64,000 nucleotides of DNA from NCBI GenBank assembly GCA_033763455.1, contig JANRKO010000006.1:416001-480000 (forward strand), in the 5' to 3' direction. Made by a program: the position numbers and the translations under genes. Each line of letters starts with the position of its first letter. Within the stretch, counting starts at the first letter, position 1. Shown one piece after another: positions 47,976 to 58,823 of the stretch. The notes under the pieces were generated by a model. That model ran no database searches and was not told the origin of the DNA. It saw only the letters and a list, made by a program, of their open reading frames with translations. Source of the stretch: Polyangiaceae bacterium. Its GTDB lineage: Bacteria > Myxococcota_A > Polyangia > Polyangiales > Polyangiaceae.

Positions 47976-49748
47976 ATGCAAGAGCAGCGCGTTCTCGGCG
48001 AGATCCTGGTTCGGCACGGCGTGCTTAGCGCCGAGGCCTTGGAGCCACTCTACGCGCAACAGGTCGAGAAAAACGCGCTGCTTTTAGATCTCATCGCGCA
48101 AAATCAGCCGACTTTCGGGCACCCAATAGCAGCGGCGCTGGCCGAAGAGTGTGGCCTACCGTTCCTGGAGAAGATCGACGCAGACCAAGTTCAGGTTCAC
48201 GTGGCTGCCAAGCTGCCGATTGCTTACGCCAAGGCACATCGCGTGCTCGTGCTCGACGAGTTGCCGGACAAGGTCCTCGTGGTCTGTGCGGATCCGCTCG
48301 ACGTAGCGGGGCTCGACGACGTTCGCGTTACATTTGGCAAGCCTCTCTCCGTGCATGTGGCACCACCTGCTGTGGTTACGGACGCCATCAATCGTGTCTA
48401 CGAGCGCCAAGACACGATGAGCGAGCTCGAAAGCGACGATGGACTGGCGGACGATGACCAGACCGATATCTTGGATTCGGACGACGACGCTCCGATCATT
48501 CGTTGGGTGAATGCGCTTTTTTCGCAGGCCGTAAAAGAACGAGCGAGCGACATTCACATCGAGCCCGAGGAAAAGGAAGTCCTGGTTCGTTACAGAATTG
48601 ATGGCCAGCTTTACGTAGCCAAGCGTGCAAGCCGGCAGTTTATGAGTGCCGTGCTTGCACGTGTGAAGATCATGGCTGGCCTCAACATCGCCGAAAAACG
48701 CCTGCCACAAGATGGGCGCATTTCGCTGAAAATCGCCGGCCGCAGCATTGATGTTCGTGTTTCCACCATCCCCACAAGTCGCGATCACGAGCGCATCGTG
48801 ATGCGCCTTTTGCACAAGACGAACATCCTCTTGAGCTTGAGCGAACTCGGATTCGCCGAGCGGGATTACCTCTTGATGGATGAGCTGGTGCACAAGCCGA
48901 ACGGCATCATCTTGGTCACGGGGCCCACGGGTAGCGGTAAGACCACCACGCTGTACGCCTGCCTCAACAAGATCAACAATCCGAAGATTAACATTCTGAC
49001 GGCCGAAGATCCGGTGGAATATGAAATTGGTGGCATCCATCAGGTGCCAGTGCAGCCAAAGATCGGGCTCACCTTTGCCAATGCTTTGCGGTCTTTCTTG
49101 CGGCAAGATCCGGACGTCATCATGGTCGGCGAAATCCGCGACAAGGAGACCGCCGAAATTGCTATTCACGCGAGCATGACCGGCCACTTGGTGCTTTCCA
49201 CCATCCATACTAACGACGCGGCAGGTGCGGTAACGCGCCTAGTGGAAATGGATATTGAGCCTTTCTTGGTGCGCTCGACGGTGGCTGGAATTCTGGCGCA
49301 ACGCCTGGTGCGCCTACTGTGCCAGCATTGCAAGGAGCCGTATTCCGCGTCCGCGTTTGAGCTCAAGCAGCTCGGCATCGATCCGGAGCGAACGCGTATC
49401 CGCGATGCTCGAAAAGTGTCTTCTCGCTACACAGTGCACGGAGTTACCTATGATCCAGTAGGGTGGCGAGAAGCTTCACCGCCTACCTTCTATCGCCCGC
49501 GCGGTTGTGACCGTTGCGATCAGAAAGGTTTTTCAGGGCGCTTGGGCATCTACGAGCTTCTGATGGTAGATGAGGCCGTCGGTACGCTCATCTTGGCGAG
49601 CGCGGATGCTCAGGCGATCAAGCGTGCGGCGCAACAGCAAGGGATGGATTCGTTGCGCGACGATGGGGCGCGTAAGGTACTGCTCGGGCTCACGAGTGTT
49701 GAGGAAGTTGTGGCCGCTACTCAGGAGGACGTCGTCGTTGACGAGTAG
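47976..49748 (+). CDS. gspE: Type II secretion ATPase GspE
   Basis: ASDIHIEP, EKRLPQDGRI, GPTGSGKTT, LRQDPDVIMVGEIRD, TGHLVLST.HTND, CxxC..CxxC. Start placed at ATG 47976. Confidence 0.97.
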   Translation: MQEQRVLGEILVRHGVLSAEALEPLYAQQVEKNALLLDLIAQNQPTFGHPIAAALAEECGLPFLEKIDADQVQVHVAAKLPIAYAKAHRVLVLDELPDKVLVVCADPLDVAGLDDVRVTFGKPLSVHVAPPAVVTDAINRVYERQDTMSELESDDGLADDDQTDILDSDDDAPIIRWVNALFSQAVKERASDIHIEPEEKEVLVRYRIDGQLYVAKRASRQFMSAVLARVKIMAGLNIAEKRLPQDGRISLKIAGRSIDVRVSTIPTSRDHERIVMRLLHKTNILLSLSELGFAERDYLLMDELVHKPNGIILVTGPTGSGKTTTLYACLNKINNPKINILTAEDPVEYEIGGIHQVPVQPKIGLTFANALRSFLRQDPDVIMVGEIRDKETAEIAIHASMTGHLVLSTIHTNDAAGAVTRLVEMDIEPFLVRSTVAGILAQRLVRLLCQHCKEPYSASAFELKQLGIDPERTRIRDARKVSSRYTVHGVTYDPVGWREASPPTFYRPRGCDRCDQKGFSGRLGIYELLMVDEAVGTLILASADAQAIKRAAQQQGMDSLRDDGARKVLLGLTSVEEVVAATQEDVVVDE

Positions 49749-49756
49749 GGTCTAAG

Positions 49757-50983
49757 ATGGCGGTCTTCGAATTCAAGGGCATATATGCCGATTCCGGAAA
49801 GCCCGCAAAGGGTTACCGGGATGCAGATAACCCCAAGGCGCTTCGCGGGATCTTACGCCGCGACGGCATCTTGCTAACTTCCGCATCCGAGGGTAGCCAA
49901 AAATCTGCGACACAGAAGCGGCAGGTGGACCTTCTCGCACCCTTTCGGCGTGTGCGGGTGGCAGAGCTTGCCGTGCTTACCCGTCAACTCGCAACTCTGG
50001 TGCGCGCTGGTATCCCCCTCGTTGAGTCGATTGGCGCACTGACCGAGCAGGTAGAAAAAGAAATGCTCGTAAAGGTTCTCACTCAGGTGCGTGAGAACCT
50101 GAACGAAGGTACGAGTTTCTCGAAGAGCCTTGAGGCTCATCCGAAGGTGTTTCCGCCGCTCTATATTAACATGGTTGCGGCGGGTGAGGCCTCGGGCACT
50201 CTCGAGGTAGTGCTGGAGCGCCTGGCAGATTTCATGGAGAATCAGTCGGAGCTGCAGGGTAAGGTTTCTTCTGCCTTGGTCTATCCTGCGGCCATGGGGG
50301 TCTTCGGTACGCTCATCGTCGGAATGTTGATGATGTTCGTTGTGCCGAAGGTCACGGCAATTTTCGATAGCCTGGGGCAGGCGCTGCCTTGGTACACCTC
50401 TCTCCTCATCCTCACCTCTAACCTCGTGTCGGGGTACTGGTGGTTGTTGTTGCTGCTGGGTGGCGGCGGCTATTACTGGTTTCGGCGCTGGAAAACCACT
50501 CCCGCGGGTCGTCTCAAATGGGACACGTTTTTGCTCGTGGCTCCGATCTTTGGAAAGCTCAACTTGCTGGTGGGCGTAGCCCGCTTTTCGCGCACACTAG
50601 CGACACTATTGCAGAGCGGCGTTCCCTTGCTGCGGGCCATGGAAATCGGTCGCAACGTGTTGGGTAATACGCGGCTTGAAAGTGTCATCGCGGAGGCTAC
50701 CGCCTCTATTCGCGAGGGTGAGAGCATCGCCGAGCCGCTGCGGCGTAGCAAATGGTTCCCGCCCATGGTGGTGCACATGATTGCGGTGGGGGAAAAGAGC
50801 GGTCAGCTTGAGCAAATGCTCGAGAACGTGAGTCGCGCGTACGAGGTGGACGTAAAGACCAAAGTTGCCACGCTCACCAGCTTGCTCGAACCGATAATGA
50901 TCATGGTTATGGGCGGTATTGTAGGGTTCATCGCCATGGCCATCTTGATGCCGCTCGTGCAGATGAATGACTTGGTGCAATGA
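49757..50983 (+). CDS. gspF: Type II secretion inner-membrane platform GspF
   Basis: TRQLATL..AGIPL, MV.AGE.SG.L, VVPK...IF, GEKSGQLE.ML, LLEP. Confidence 0.97.
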   Translation: MAVFEFKGIYADSGKPAKGYRDADNPKALRGILRRDGILLTSASEGSQKSATQKRQVDLLAPFRRVRVAELAVLTRQLATLVRAGIPLVESIGALTEQVEKEMLVKVLTQVRENLNEGTSFSKSLEAHPKVFPPLYINMVAAGEASGTLEVVLERLADFMENQSELQGKVSSALVYPAAMGVFGTLIVGMLMMFVVPKVTAIFDSLGQALPWYTSLLILTSNLVSGYWWLLLLLGGGGYYWFRRWKTTPAGRLKWDTFLLVAPIFGKLNLLVGVARFSRTLATLLQSGVPLLRAMEIGRNVLGNTRLESVIAEATASIREGESIAEPLRRSKWFPPMVVHMIAVGEKSGQLEQMLENVSRAYEVDVKTKVATLTSLLEPIMIMVMGGIVGFIAMAILMPLVQMNDLVQ

Positions 50984-51399
50984 TGGCGCGCCGCACGCTT
51001 CGCAGTTCCGAACGCCGTATCTTCTTCCCTTGGGAAGCTCGTGGTGGCCTTGGGCGTTGGTTGCGGGTTGGTCGTGTGCGTTCGGTTGTGTTCGTGGTGG
51101 CCTTGTTAGCTCTCGTACTCCTCATTGCCTCCAGGGAACGCAGGGATTCAGGGCTTCGGCAAACGCGGGCGGCACTATTTACGCTTCGTCACGCGGTGGA
51201 TGCCTATGTGGCGGATCACCAAGGGGCTTGCCCGGCCGCTCTCTCCGCGACTCTAGAGTATACTTCGCTAGAGAGCGTTCCACGCGACGCTTGGGGGCGA
51301 GCATTTCGCTTCATCTGCCCAGGTCGAGATCAACAAGCCTACGAGCTCATGAGTGACGGGCCAGACGGCGAGCCCGAGGGATTGGATCGCATTAAATGA
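50980..51399 (+). CDS. Atypical GspG-like pseudopilin lacking a prepilin cleavage motif
   Basis: GspG-like head (AVDAY..D.G.CP..L, PRDAWG..F...PG, S.GPDG...G.D); TM present but no G|FTLxE. Confidence 0.75.
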   Translation: MMARRTLRSSERRIFFPWEARGGLGRWLRVGRVRSVVFVVALLALVLLIASRERRDSGLRQTRAALFTLRHAVDAYVADHQGACPAALSATLEYTSLESVPRDAWGRAFRFICPGRDQQAYELMSDGPDGEPEGLDRIK

Positions 51400-51406
51400 G
51401 GAAATT

Positions 51407-51925
51407 ATGAGGAAATATTCAACAGCATCGACGAACGCACTTTTGGAGCTCGGCCAGCTCCGCGCCAAGCTCCGTTCACGCTCTGAGCGTCAGGAGCGTC
51501 CGCGCCGGCTCCTTGGGAAGCTGGGCATACCTACCCTGGCTACCCGTGGCGTGACGCTCGTGGAAGTGATGATCGTGGTGGCGATCATGGCGATGGTGGC
51601 GGGTGGCGTTGCGTTGGTCGTTATTCCGAAGTTCAAGAAGGCCCAGGTTGATACTGCTGAGTCCGGCGCTCGCGTGATTCGCCAGGCTGTGCAACAATGG
51701 CAGATGTCCAACGCTGACTGCCCCACCGTCAGTCAGTTGGTGCAGCAGAAGCTTCTGGATAAGGGGGCAAATACCGTGGACCCTTGGGGCAATCGATTCC
51801 AGATCAATTGCGACAATGACGAGATCACCGTGTCGACGGCGGGCCCCGACAAGAAGACCGGGACTGCAGACGATGTCACGGTGCCGAAGCCGAGCGCTCC
51901 GGAAGAAGGCGCCGAAGGCAAGTAG
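51407..51925 (+). CDS. gspG: Major pseudopilin GspG
   Basis: RG|VTLVEVMIVV, DPWG, S.GPD...GT.DD; GAGGA RBS before ATG 51407. Confidence 0.85.
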   Translation: MRKYSTASTNALLELGQLRAKLRSRSERQERPRRLLGKLGIPTLATRGVTLVEVMIVVAIMAMVAGGVALVVIPKFKKAQVDTAESGARVIRQAVQQWQMSNADCPTVSQLVQQKLLDKGANTVDPWGNRFQINCDNDEITVSTAGPDKKTGTADDVTVPKPSAPEEGAEGK

Positions 51926-51946
51926 GGCGATTGCTGCGAGTGAGCC

Positions 51947-52663
51947 ATGTTGCACGCATCACGATCAAGGAGTTCGGAACGGGGGATCACCCTCGTCGAG
52001 CTCTTGATCGTGATCTCGATTATCGCGCTCCTCACGGGCTCGGTTATGTTTGGCTCGGGAATGTTGGGTGGAAGCCGGCTACGTGGCGCGGCAATGCTAG
52101 TGCTCAGCGCCTCGCGGCTGGCGCAATCTCGGGCCAGTACCATTGGCCGCCCGGTGCGCTTGGTTCTGGATCTGGATCATAGCCGTATCGATATGCAGGA
52201 AGCGGTGTCGCGGCAGGTAACCCGTATTCGTGGGCCCGAGGATTTTCCAGATGAACAGCTCGGCTCTGAGTTGGAAGGGGCTGCGCAAAAAGAAGCTGAA
52301 CGTGTCACCAAAGGCGATGAAGGCAAAGCGCCTGTCTCACGTTTTACTCCCTCCCCGCAGTTTGCTTCGGATCTGGGGGACGAGCAGAAGGGCAGCGGGA
52401 AGCTGCTGGGCAAAGGCATCGTGTTTCGACAGGTGCAGGTGGCTCGTGATCCGGACCCTCGCACCCGCGGTAAGGTGGCGATCTACTTCTGGCCGGGCGG
52501 TGAGACGGAGCGCGCGAGCATCCAGCTAAAACAGGAGCACAGTGATGCTGGCATTACGGTGCATTTGAGCGCGCTTACCGGGCGGGCGAAGCTTGAGCCG
52601 GGCTTTCAGGATCTACCAGAAGCGCCCCAGGATGAGCCCTTCAGCGAGCGGCCAGACGAATGA
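51947..52663 (+). CDS. gspH: Minor pseudopilin GspH
   Basis: RG|ITLVELLIV, IYFWPGG.TE; gene order. Confidence 0.85.
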   Translation: MLHASRSRSSERGITLVELLIVISIIALLTGSVMFGSGMLGGSRLRGAAMLVLSASRLAQSRASTIGRPVRLVLDLDHSRIDMQEAVSRQVTRIRGPEDFPDEQLGSELEGAAQKEAERVTKGDEGKAPVSRFTPSPQFASDLGDEQKGSGKLLGKGIVFRQVQVARDPDPRTRGKVAIYFWPGGETERASIQLKQEHSDAGITVHLSALTGRAKLEPGFQDLPEAPQDEPFSERPDE

Positions 52664-53409
52664 AGAACCTCGGCTTTACCCTGCTTGAAGTTCTCGTCGC
52701 GATAGCGATCTTGGGTCTTGGCCTCACCGGCATTTTGGGTGCGGAAACGGGCGCCTTTTCGAGCGCGGCGCGCGCGGAACACATGAGTGTGGCCACGGAT
52801 CTAGTGCGTTGCAAGATGGCGGAGACGGAGCTCAAGCTGGTGCAGATGGGCTTTCCGCTTACTGATGAGTCCTACGAAGGCGCGTGTTGCGAGGAGGAAG
52901 ATCAATCCACCTATACCTGCGAATGGACAGTCGATCGGGTGAAGCTGCCTGAGCTTCTAAGCACTGAGAGCGCGGCCAACGGAGATAGTGCGGCGCCCAA
53001 TGCTTCAAGCACATCTTCTTCAGAGCTTGGGCCCCTCGGGGTCTTAGCGGACATTCAGAAATCCAAGGGTGCTTCGCTGGGGGATAAGCCGAGCGTGGAG
53101 TCGTTAACAGAGCAAGTCGGGGAATCCGCGGGGGGTATCCAGGGCATGACACAAATGCTCTTTGGTTTCGTTTACCCAAGCTTCAAGCCCCTCCTCGAAG
53201 CCAGCATTCGGAAGATCACGGTGACGGTGAAGTGGAAGGAAGGAAAGCTAGATAGGGATCTCACCGTTAGCCAGTATTTTACCGATCCCCAAAAGGGCGG
53301 TTTCGAAGGCGAAATTGATGGTCAACCCGGAGCGGCTGCGTCTGGCTCCTCGGCAAGCCCGTTTCCCTCCAGTACTGCGCGCAGCCTTGCACCACAGGTG
53401 GGCCAGTGA
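52660..53409 (+). CDS. gspI: Minor pseudopilin GspI
   Basis: G|FTLLEVLVAIAIL, IRKITVTV.W; gene order. Confidence 0.85.
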   Translation: MKNLGFTLLEVLVAIAILGLGLTGILGAETGAFSSAARAEHMSVATDLVRCKMAETELKLVQMGFPLTDESYEGACCEEEDQSTYTCEWTVDRVKLPELLSTESAANGDSAAPNASSTSSSELGPLGVLADIQKSKGASLGDKPSVESLTEQVGESAGGIQGMTQMLFGFVYPSFKPLLEASIRKITVTVKWKEGKLDRDLTVSQYFTDPQKGGFEGEIDGQPGAAASGSSASPFPSSTARSLAPQVGQ

Positions 53410-54137
53410 CGTTGCGAATAGCAATGAGTGGCCGCTCCGTTCGCAGGCGTCGTGGGTTTACGCTGATAGAGCTGATGATCGCGGTTGCCGTGTTGGCGAT
53501 GATCACCACGCTCGTTTATTCGGCATTCGCGGGGATGAAGAAGAGCCGAGACGGCGTGCTCCGCATTACTGACCGTTATCGCGAAGGACGAATCGCGATG
53601 TCTATTATCGTGCGTGATCTCCAGAGCGCATTTTTGAGCTCGAATATTCCGGTGAGTAACACCACCCCGAGCCGCGTTACCGCTTTCATCTCCAAACAGG
53701 GCACACCGCTCGATCGCGTGGACTTCGCAACTTTGGCTTATCGGCGATTGGATACAGATGTGCACGAGTCTGATCAGGCCGAGGTGTCCTACTTTGGTTC
53801 CAAAGATCCAGAGAGCGATGCGGTGGATCTCGTGCGGCGGGTGGACCCATTGATCGATACCGACCCAGAACACGGTGGGCGCGTTGAAGTGTTGGCCACC
53901 GATGTGGCTCTCTTTGATGTGCAATACTTAGACCCTCTCACGGGCCTTTGGGTCGAAGAGTGGGACACCCGCCAAGCCACCGGCGTGGGTTTCCGATTGC
54001 CGCACCAAGTGCGCGTTCTTCTGGTGTTGCACGACGGCAACCGCAAGGAAGCGGCCGGCGAACGGGAAGACATCCGATTTATCACCAAGGTGCCGCTGAT
54101 GGTCTCGGCCCCGCTGAAGTTCACCGCTGAGTTCTGA
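53406..54137 (+). CDS. gspJ: Minor pseudopilin GspJ
   Basis: RG|FTLIELMIAVAVL, RDLQSA, W..EWD....LP..VR; gene order. Confidence 0.87.
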   Translation: MTLRIAMSGRSVRRRRGFTLIELMIAVAVLAMITTLVYSAFAGMKKSRDGVLRITDRYREGRIAMSIIVRDLQSAFLSSNIPVSNTTPSRVTAFISKQGTPLDRVDFATLAYRRLDTDVHESDQAEVSYFGSKDPESDAVDLVRRVDPLIDTDPEHGGRVEVLATDVALFDVQYLDPLTGLWVEEWDTRQATGVGFRLPHQVRVLLVLHDGNRKEAAGEREDIRFITKVPLMVSAPLKFTAEF

Positions 54138-54144
54138 GGCCAAC

Positions 54145-55587
54145 GTGCGAGGCTTACGTCGAATCTTTTCCGCCTATCTGGAGTCGCGGCGTGGAAGGTG
54201 GCGGCGTCGAGGCGTTGCGCTGATCTTGGTGCTCACATCATTGGCCATGCTCACGCTGATGCTCACAGAGTTTCAGACGGAGGTTTCTACGGATCTCGGT
54301 AGTGCCCTCACCAAACGCGACGCGCTAAAGGCCGAATACGCAGCCAAGAGTGGCATTAATCTCACCAGGCTCTTGATTGCCAGCGAACCGAGCATTCGCC
54401 AAGCCTTGGCGCCGGTTTTTGCGATGCTCAATCAGCCCGCCCCGCAGATCCCGGTTTGGAATTTTGCCGATCAAGTGTTGTCGGCCTTTAACGACGAGTT
54501 AGGGCGCGAGAGCTTCGCGGCGTTCGCGGGCGCCACGTTTGGAGATCCGAGTGAGCATAAGCTGGGGCTGCAGGGCGCGCGCTTCGAGATCCAGGTGGTG
54601 GACGAGGAGTCCAAGATCAACGTGAACATGCCGGCTGGCGGTGGCATTTTTCAGCAAGAATGGTTGGCCGGGCAGCTTACGAGCCTGATGGCCGGCGAGC
54701 AGTATGATTCGATTTTCGGAAATCGGGATTTGGATGGGAACTTCTCCGAGCGGCGCAACATTTGCTCCGAGATCATAGATTTTACCGATCCGAACCAGGA
54801 CGCGCACCCCTGCGATCCCACGGCCACTACAGCGCAAGCCAGTGGCCCCGAGCTTGACTACTATCAGCAGTTGAAGCGCCCCTACCAACGGAAGAACGCG
54901 GCGTTTGATACCCTCGAAGAACTGCGCATGGTGCGGGGCATTGGCGACGCGTTTTGGTCCAAGTTTGTCGAACCGGACCCCGATGACCCAAACAAGCGCG
55001 TCTTCACTGTGTGGACCGATGAACGCGTGAACGTGAACTCCGCTAATCCGCAGGTGATACTGGCGGTTATCTGCTCCAATGCCGAGGAAGGGCAGCCTAT
55101 TTGCACCGATCCGGTCCAAGCGGCCACGTTTCTCAGCTTGATCGGCATGGTGCGCGCCGTGAGCGGCGGAGCGCCACTCTTTGCTTCGCCCGAAGATTTT
55201 CGGCGAACTATGGAGGGGCAAAACAAGAGCTCCATTTTCGCGACCATGAAAGATCTGATCAACCTGCCGGTGGTGAAGTTTAAGGGCCAGCTTGATAAAG
55301 TGGTCACCACCACGAGCAAAGTCTTCAGCATATATGCAACGGGCGTGGTCGAGATAGGCAAGCGAGAAACTCGACGTCGGATCCAGGCAGTGGTCGACTT
55401 CCGTAAGGCGCCCTTGCCGGATCAGCCAACGTTTCAGCCGAATTCTAGCTCAAGCGCGCCGAGCGCGTCTTCGACCGCGCCGCCCGCGCCGAGCGTGCAG
55501 TTGCCTCCGGGTGCAACGGATGCGGCCCTGAGCAACCTGTTTCGTCCCAACCCTGCTGGGACTGTGATCTACTACAAGGTGGACTGA
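54145..55587 (+). CDS. gspK: Minor pseudopilin GspK
   Basis: RG|VALILVL, A.SG, DEESKINVN, N..FDT.EEL.MV.G, VNVN.A...V. Confidence 0.92.
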   Translation: MRGLRRIFSAYLESRRGRWRRRGVALILVLTSLAMLTLMLTEFQTEVSTDLGSALTKRDALKAEYAAKSGINLTRLLIASEPSIRQALAPVFAMLNQPAPQIPVWNFADQVLSAFNDELGRESFAAFAGATFGDPSEHKLGLQGARFEIQVVDEESKINVNMPAGGGIFQQEWLAGQLTSLMAGEQYDSIFGNRDLDGNFSERRNICSEIIDFTDPNQDAHPCDPTATTAQASGPELDYYQQLKRPYQRKNAAFDTLEELRMVRGIGDAFWSKFVEPDPDDPNKRVFTVWTDERVNVNSANPQVILAVICSNAEEGQPICTDPVQAATFLSLIGMVRAVSGGAPLFASPEDFRRTMEGQNKSSIFATMKDLINLPVVKFKGQLDKVVTTTSKVFSIYATGVVEIGKRETRRRIQAVVDFRKAPLPDQPTFQPNSSSSAPSASSTAPPAPSVQLPPGATDAALSNLFRPNPAGTVIYYKVD

Positions 55588-57095
55588 TGGCGAGAGTAGT
55601 TGGAATAGAGATTGACGGAGCTGTCGTACGGGCGGCGCTGCTCGCCGTAAGCGGCCGACGCGTTACGGTGGAGCAAATGCAGGAAGCGTCCGTGGAGGCT
55701 GCCGGCTCCTTACAGCTTGCGTTGAAGCAGGTCACCGTGCCGATGCTGCACCACGGTGAGGCGTTCGCGGCCTCCCTCAACGGTACCCAGGTGCTGGCAC
55801 ATCGCTTGGATTTGCCGAAAACAGCGCTGAAGCAGCTTGCGGATGTGTTGCCGTATGAGATCGAAGCCAAAGTGCCGATCGATATGGATGAGCTCGTTTA
55901 CGACTACCACGTACTCAAGTCGGGGGCAGCATCTGGCGTTGGCGTCCTCGCTGTGTGCGCTCGCACTGAACACGTCCGCAGTTTTCTGGAACAGCTCCGG
56001 TCAGGGCTCGGGCGAGAGCCGGAGCGAGTAGGTGCTGGTGCGGCTTGCCTTGCAAATTTGCAGAGCATATCGGACGCCTTGAAGCAGCCTGGCCCGTACG
56101 CGTTGGTAGATTTAGGGCCCACGCAGACCGACGTGGTGATTGTTGATCAAGGCGAAGTGGTGTTGTTGCGCACCCTCTCCCGAGGAGTGAACGGTCTGCC
56201 GGAAACGGCGCCACAGCTCTCCGCCGAACTGCGCCAGACTTTTCTCGCTTGGGTGGGTCAGGGCGGCGGCCAAGTATCGCAGGTGTACCTCGCCGGGAGT
56301 GGCGCCCATACACCGCTTGCGGCGGAGTATCTCGCGGGAACGCTTGGTACCCCAGTTTCTCAACTGCCTCCACTCACTATCGAGAACCTGACGCCAGAAG
56401 TGAGCGAAGCTTTGCCGAGGTTCGCAAAAGCTATCGGTGCGGCGCTTGGCCTTGCTAGTAGACCTCGTGACTTTGACCTTCGGCGTGGGCCATTAGCATT
56501 TCAGCGAGGTTATGGGTTCCTAAAGGAGAAAGTTCCGCTGCTGGCAGGCTTTGCTATTGCAATCGTCATCAGCTTTCTGTTTTCCATGGGTTCTAATTTG
56601 TACGTGCTTTCACGAGAGCGTGAGAAACAAATGGCGACGCTTGCCCAAGTATCGGCGGAGGTGTTGGGGCGTGAGGCGGAAGACGCCGAAGACGCCATGT
56701 TGCTTTTGGCGAAGGCACGCGAACAAGACGAGGTGGACCCAATGCCACTTTTGGACGCCTACGATGTCTTGATCGAATTTTCGAGTGCAGTGCCGACCAC
56801 TATCACCCACGACATTGAGGCCTTTGACATGCAGCGTGGCCACGTTCGCCTGAACGGTGTTTTGGGGACGGCGGATGAAGCGCAGCGCATCTTGAGCGGA
56901 CTCAAGGAAAAACGGTGTATCCGGGACGCGAACGTCTCCAAAATTTCCCAAGCCGTAAATAGCGATCGCAAAAAATACGTGCTCGAATTTGACGTGAAAT
57001 GCCCCGAAGAAGACGGGAAGAAGAAACCCAAAAAAACGAGCAGCACAGCTGAGGCAGGGGATACCCCCGCCGCTACCGAACAGGTGAGCCCATGA
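55587..57095 (+). CDS. gspL: Type II secretion protein GspL (PilM-like actin fold plus TM)
   Basis: VVGIEI, LPYEIE...P, VDLG...T.V, VYLAGSG, DLRRG..A, then a TM; gene order. Confidence 0.87.
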   Translation: MARVVGIEIDGAVVRAALLAVSGRRVTVEQMQEASVEAAGSLQLALKQVTVPMLHHGEAFAASLNGTQVLAHRLDLPKTALKQLADVLPYEIEAKVPIDMDELVYDYHVLKSGAASGVGVLAVCARTEHVRSFLEQLRSGLGREPERVGAGAACLANLQSISDALKQPGPYALVDLGPTQTDVVIVDQGEVVLLRTLSRGVNGLPETAPQLSAELRQTFLAWVGQGGGQVSQVYLAGSGAHTPLAAEYLAGTLGTPVSQLPPLTIENLTPEVSEALPRFAKAIGAALGLASRPRDFDLRRGPLAFQRGYGFLKEKVPLLAGFAIAIVISFLFSMGSNLYVLSREREKQMATLAQVSAEVLGREAEDAEDAMLLLAKAREQDEVDPMPLLDAYDVLIEFSSAVPTTITHDIEAFDMQRGHVRLNGVLGTADEAQRILSGLKEKRCIRDANVSKISQAVNSDRKKYVLEFDVKCPEEDGKKKPKKTSSTAEAGDTPAATEQVSP

Positions 57096-57667
57096 GCGTT
57101 AGAGATAAACTCGACCAGCTTGAGCCGCGCGAGCGACAGCTACTCGGCGGTTTGGCGGCATTTTTCGTAGCAGCCGTCGTGCTATTTTTACCAGGGCTGC
57201 TCTGGGCAAAGGTGGCAAGTCAGCGGGAGGCTGTGGATGAATTGCGTGACGCAATTTTAGAAATTCAGAATAGTCGAGCGAAGGTGGCCGAGGTGGCGGC
57301 TGTGCGGCAGTCGATTCTGGACCGCTATTCCCGTCCCGCTCCTCCACTTTCGAGCTTTCTCGCGGGCTTGGCCAAAGCTAGTGAACTTGAGATCCCAGAG
57401 ATTCAAGACGCTGACGTAAAACCCCACGGAAAAAAGTACGAGGAGCGGCTCACCAACATCGTGCTGCGGAAGGTGAGCATGTACAACTTCGTGAAATTCA
57501 TGGAGAGCATCGCGCAGTCACCGCACCCGGTGTCTATTTCGAGGCTGAGCATCAACAAGCGCGGCAGCGAAGAGGATTCGTTCGACATTCAGATGACGGT
57601 GAGTGCCTTCGATCGCAAGGCGCCGGCCAAGAAGACGAGTAAACAAACAGAGGTTGAGGCGCCGTAA
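57092..57667 (+). CDS. gspM: Type II secretion protein GspM
   Basis: L.PRER.LL plus TM, coiled coil and ferredoxin-like C-terminal domain; gene order. Confidence 0.85.
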   Translation: MSVRDKLDQLEPRERQLLGGLAAFFVAAVVLFLPGLLWAKVASQREAVDELRDAILEIQNSRAKVAEVAAVRQSILDRYSRPAPPLSSFLAGLAKASELEIPEIQDADVKPHGKKYEERLTNIVLRKVSMYNFVKFMESIAQSPHPVSISRLSINKRGSEEDSFDIQMTVSAFDRKAPAKKTSKQTEVEAP

Positions 57668-57688
57668 GGCTTGGGAAGCTGGTTGACC

Positions 57689-58765
<1,077 letters not shown>

Positions 58766-58823
58766 ACCTCGGGGTTTTGCCCCATAGGCTTAGGAAATAC
58801 CCGGAATGTGCCGCTAAAAATGG

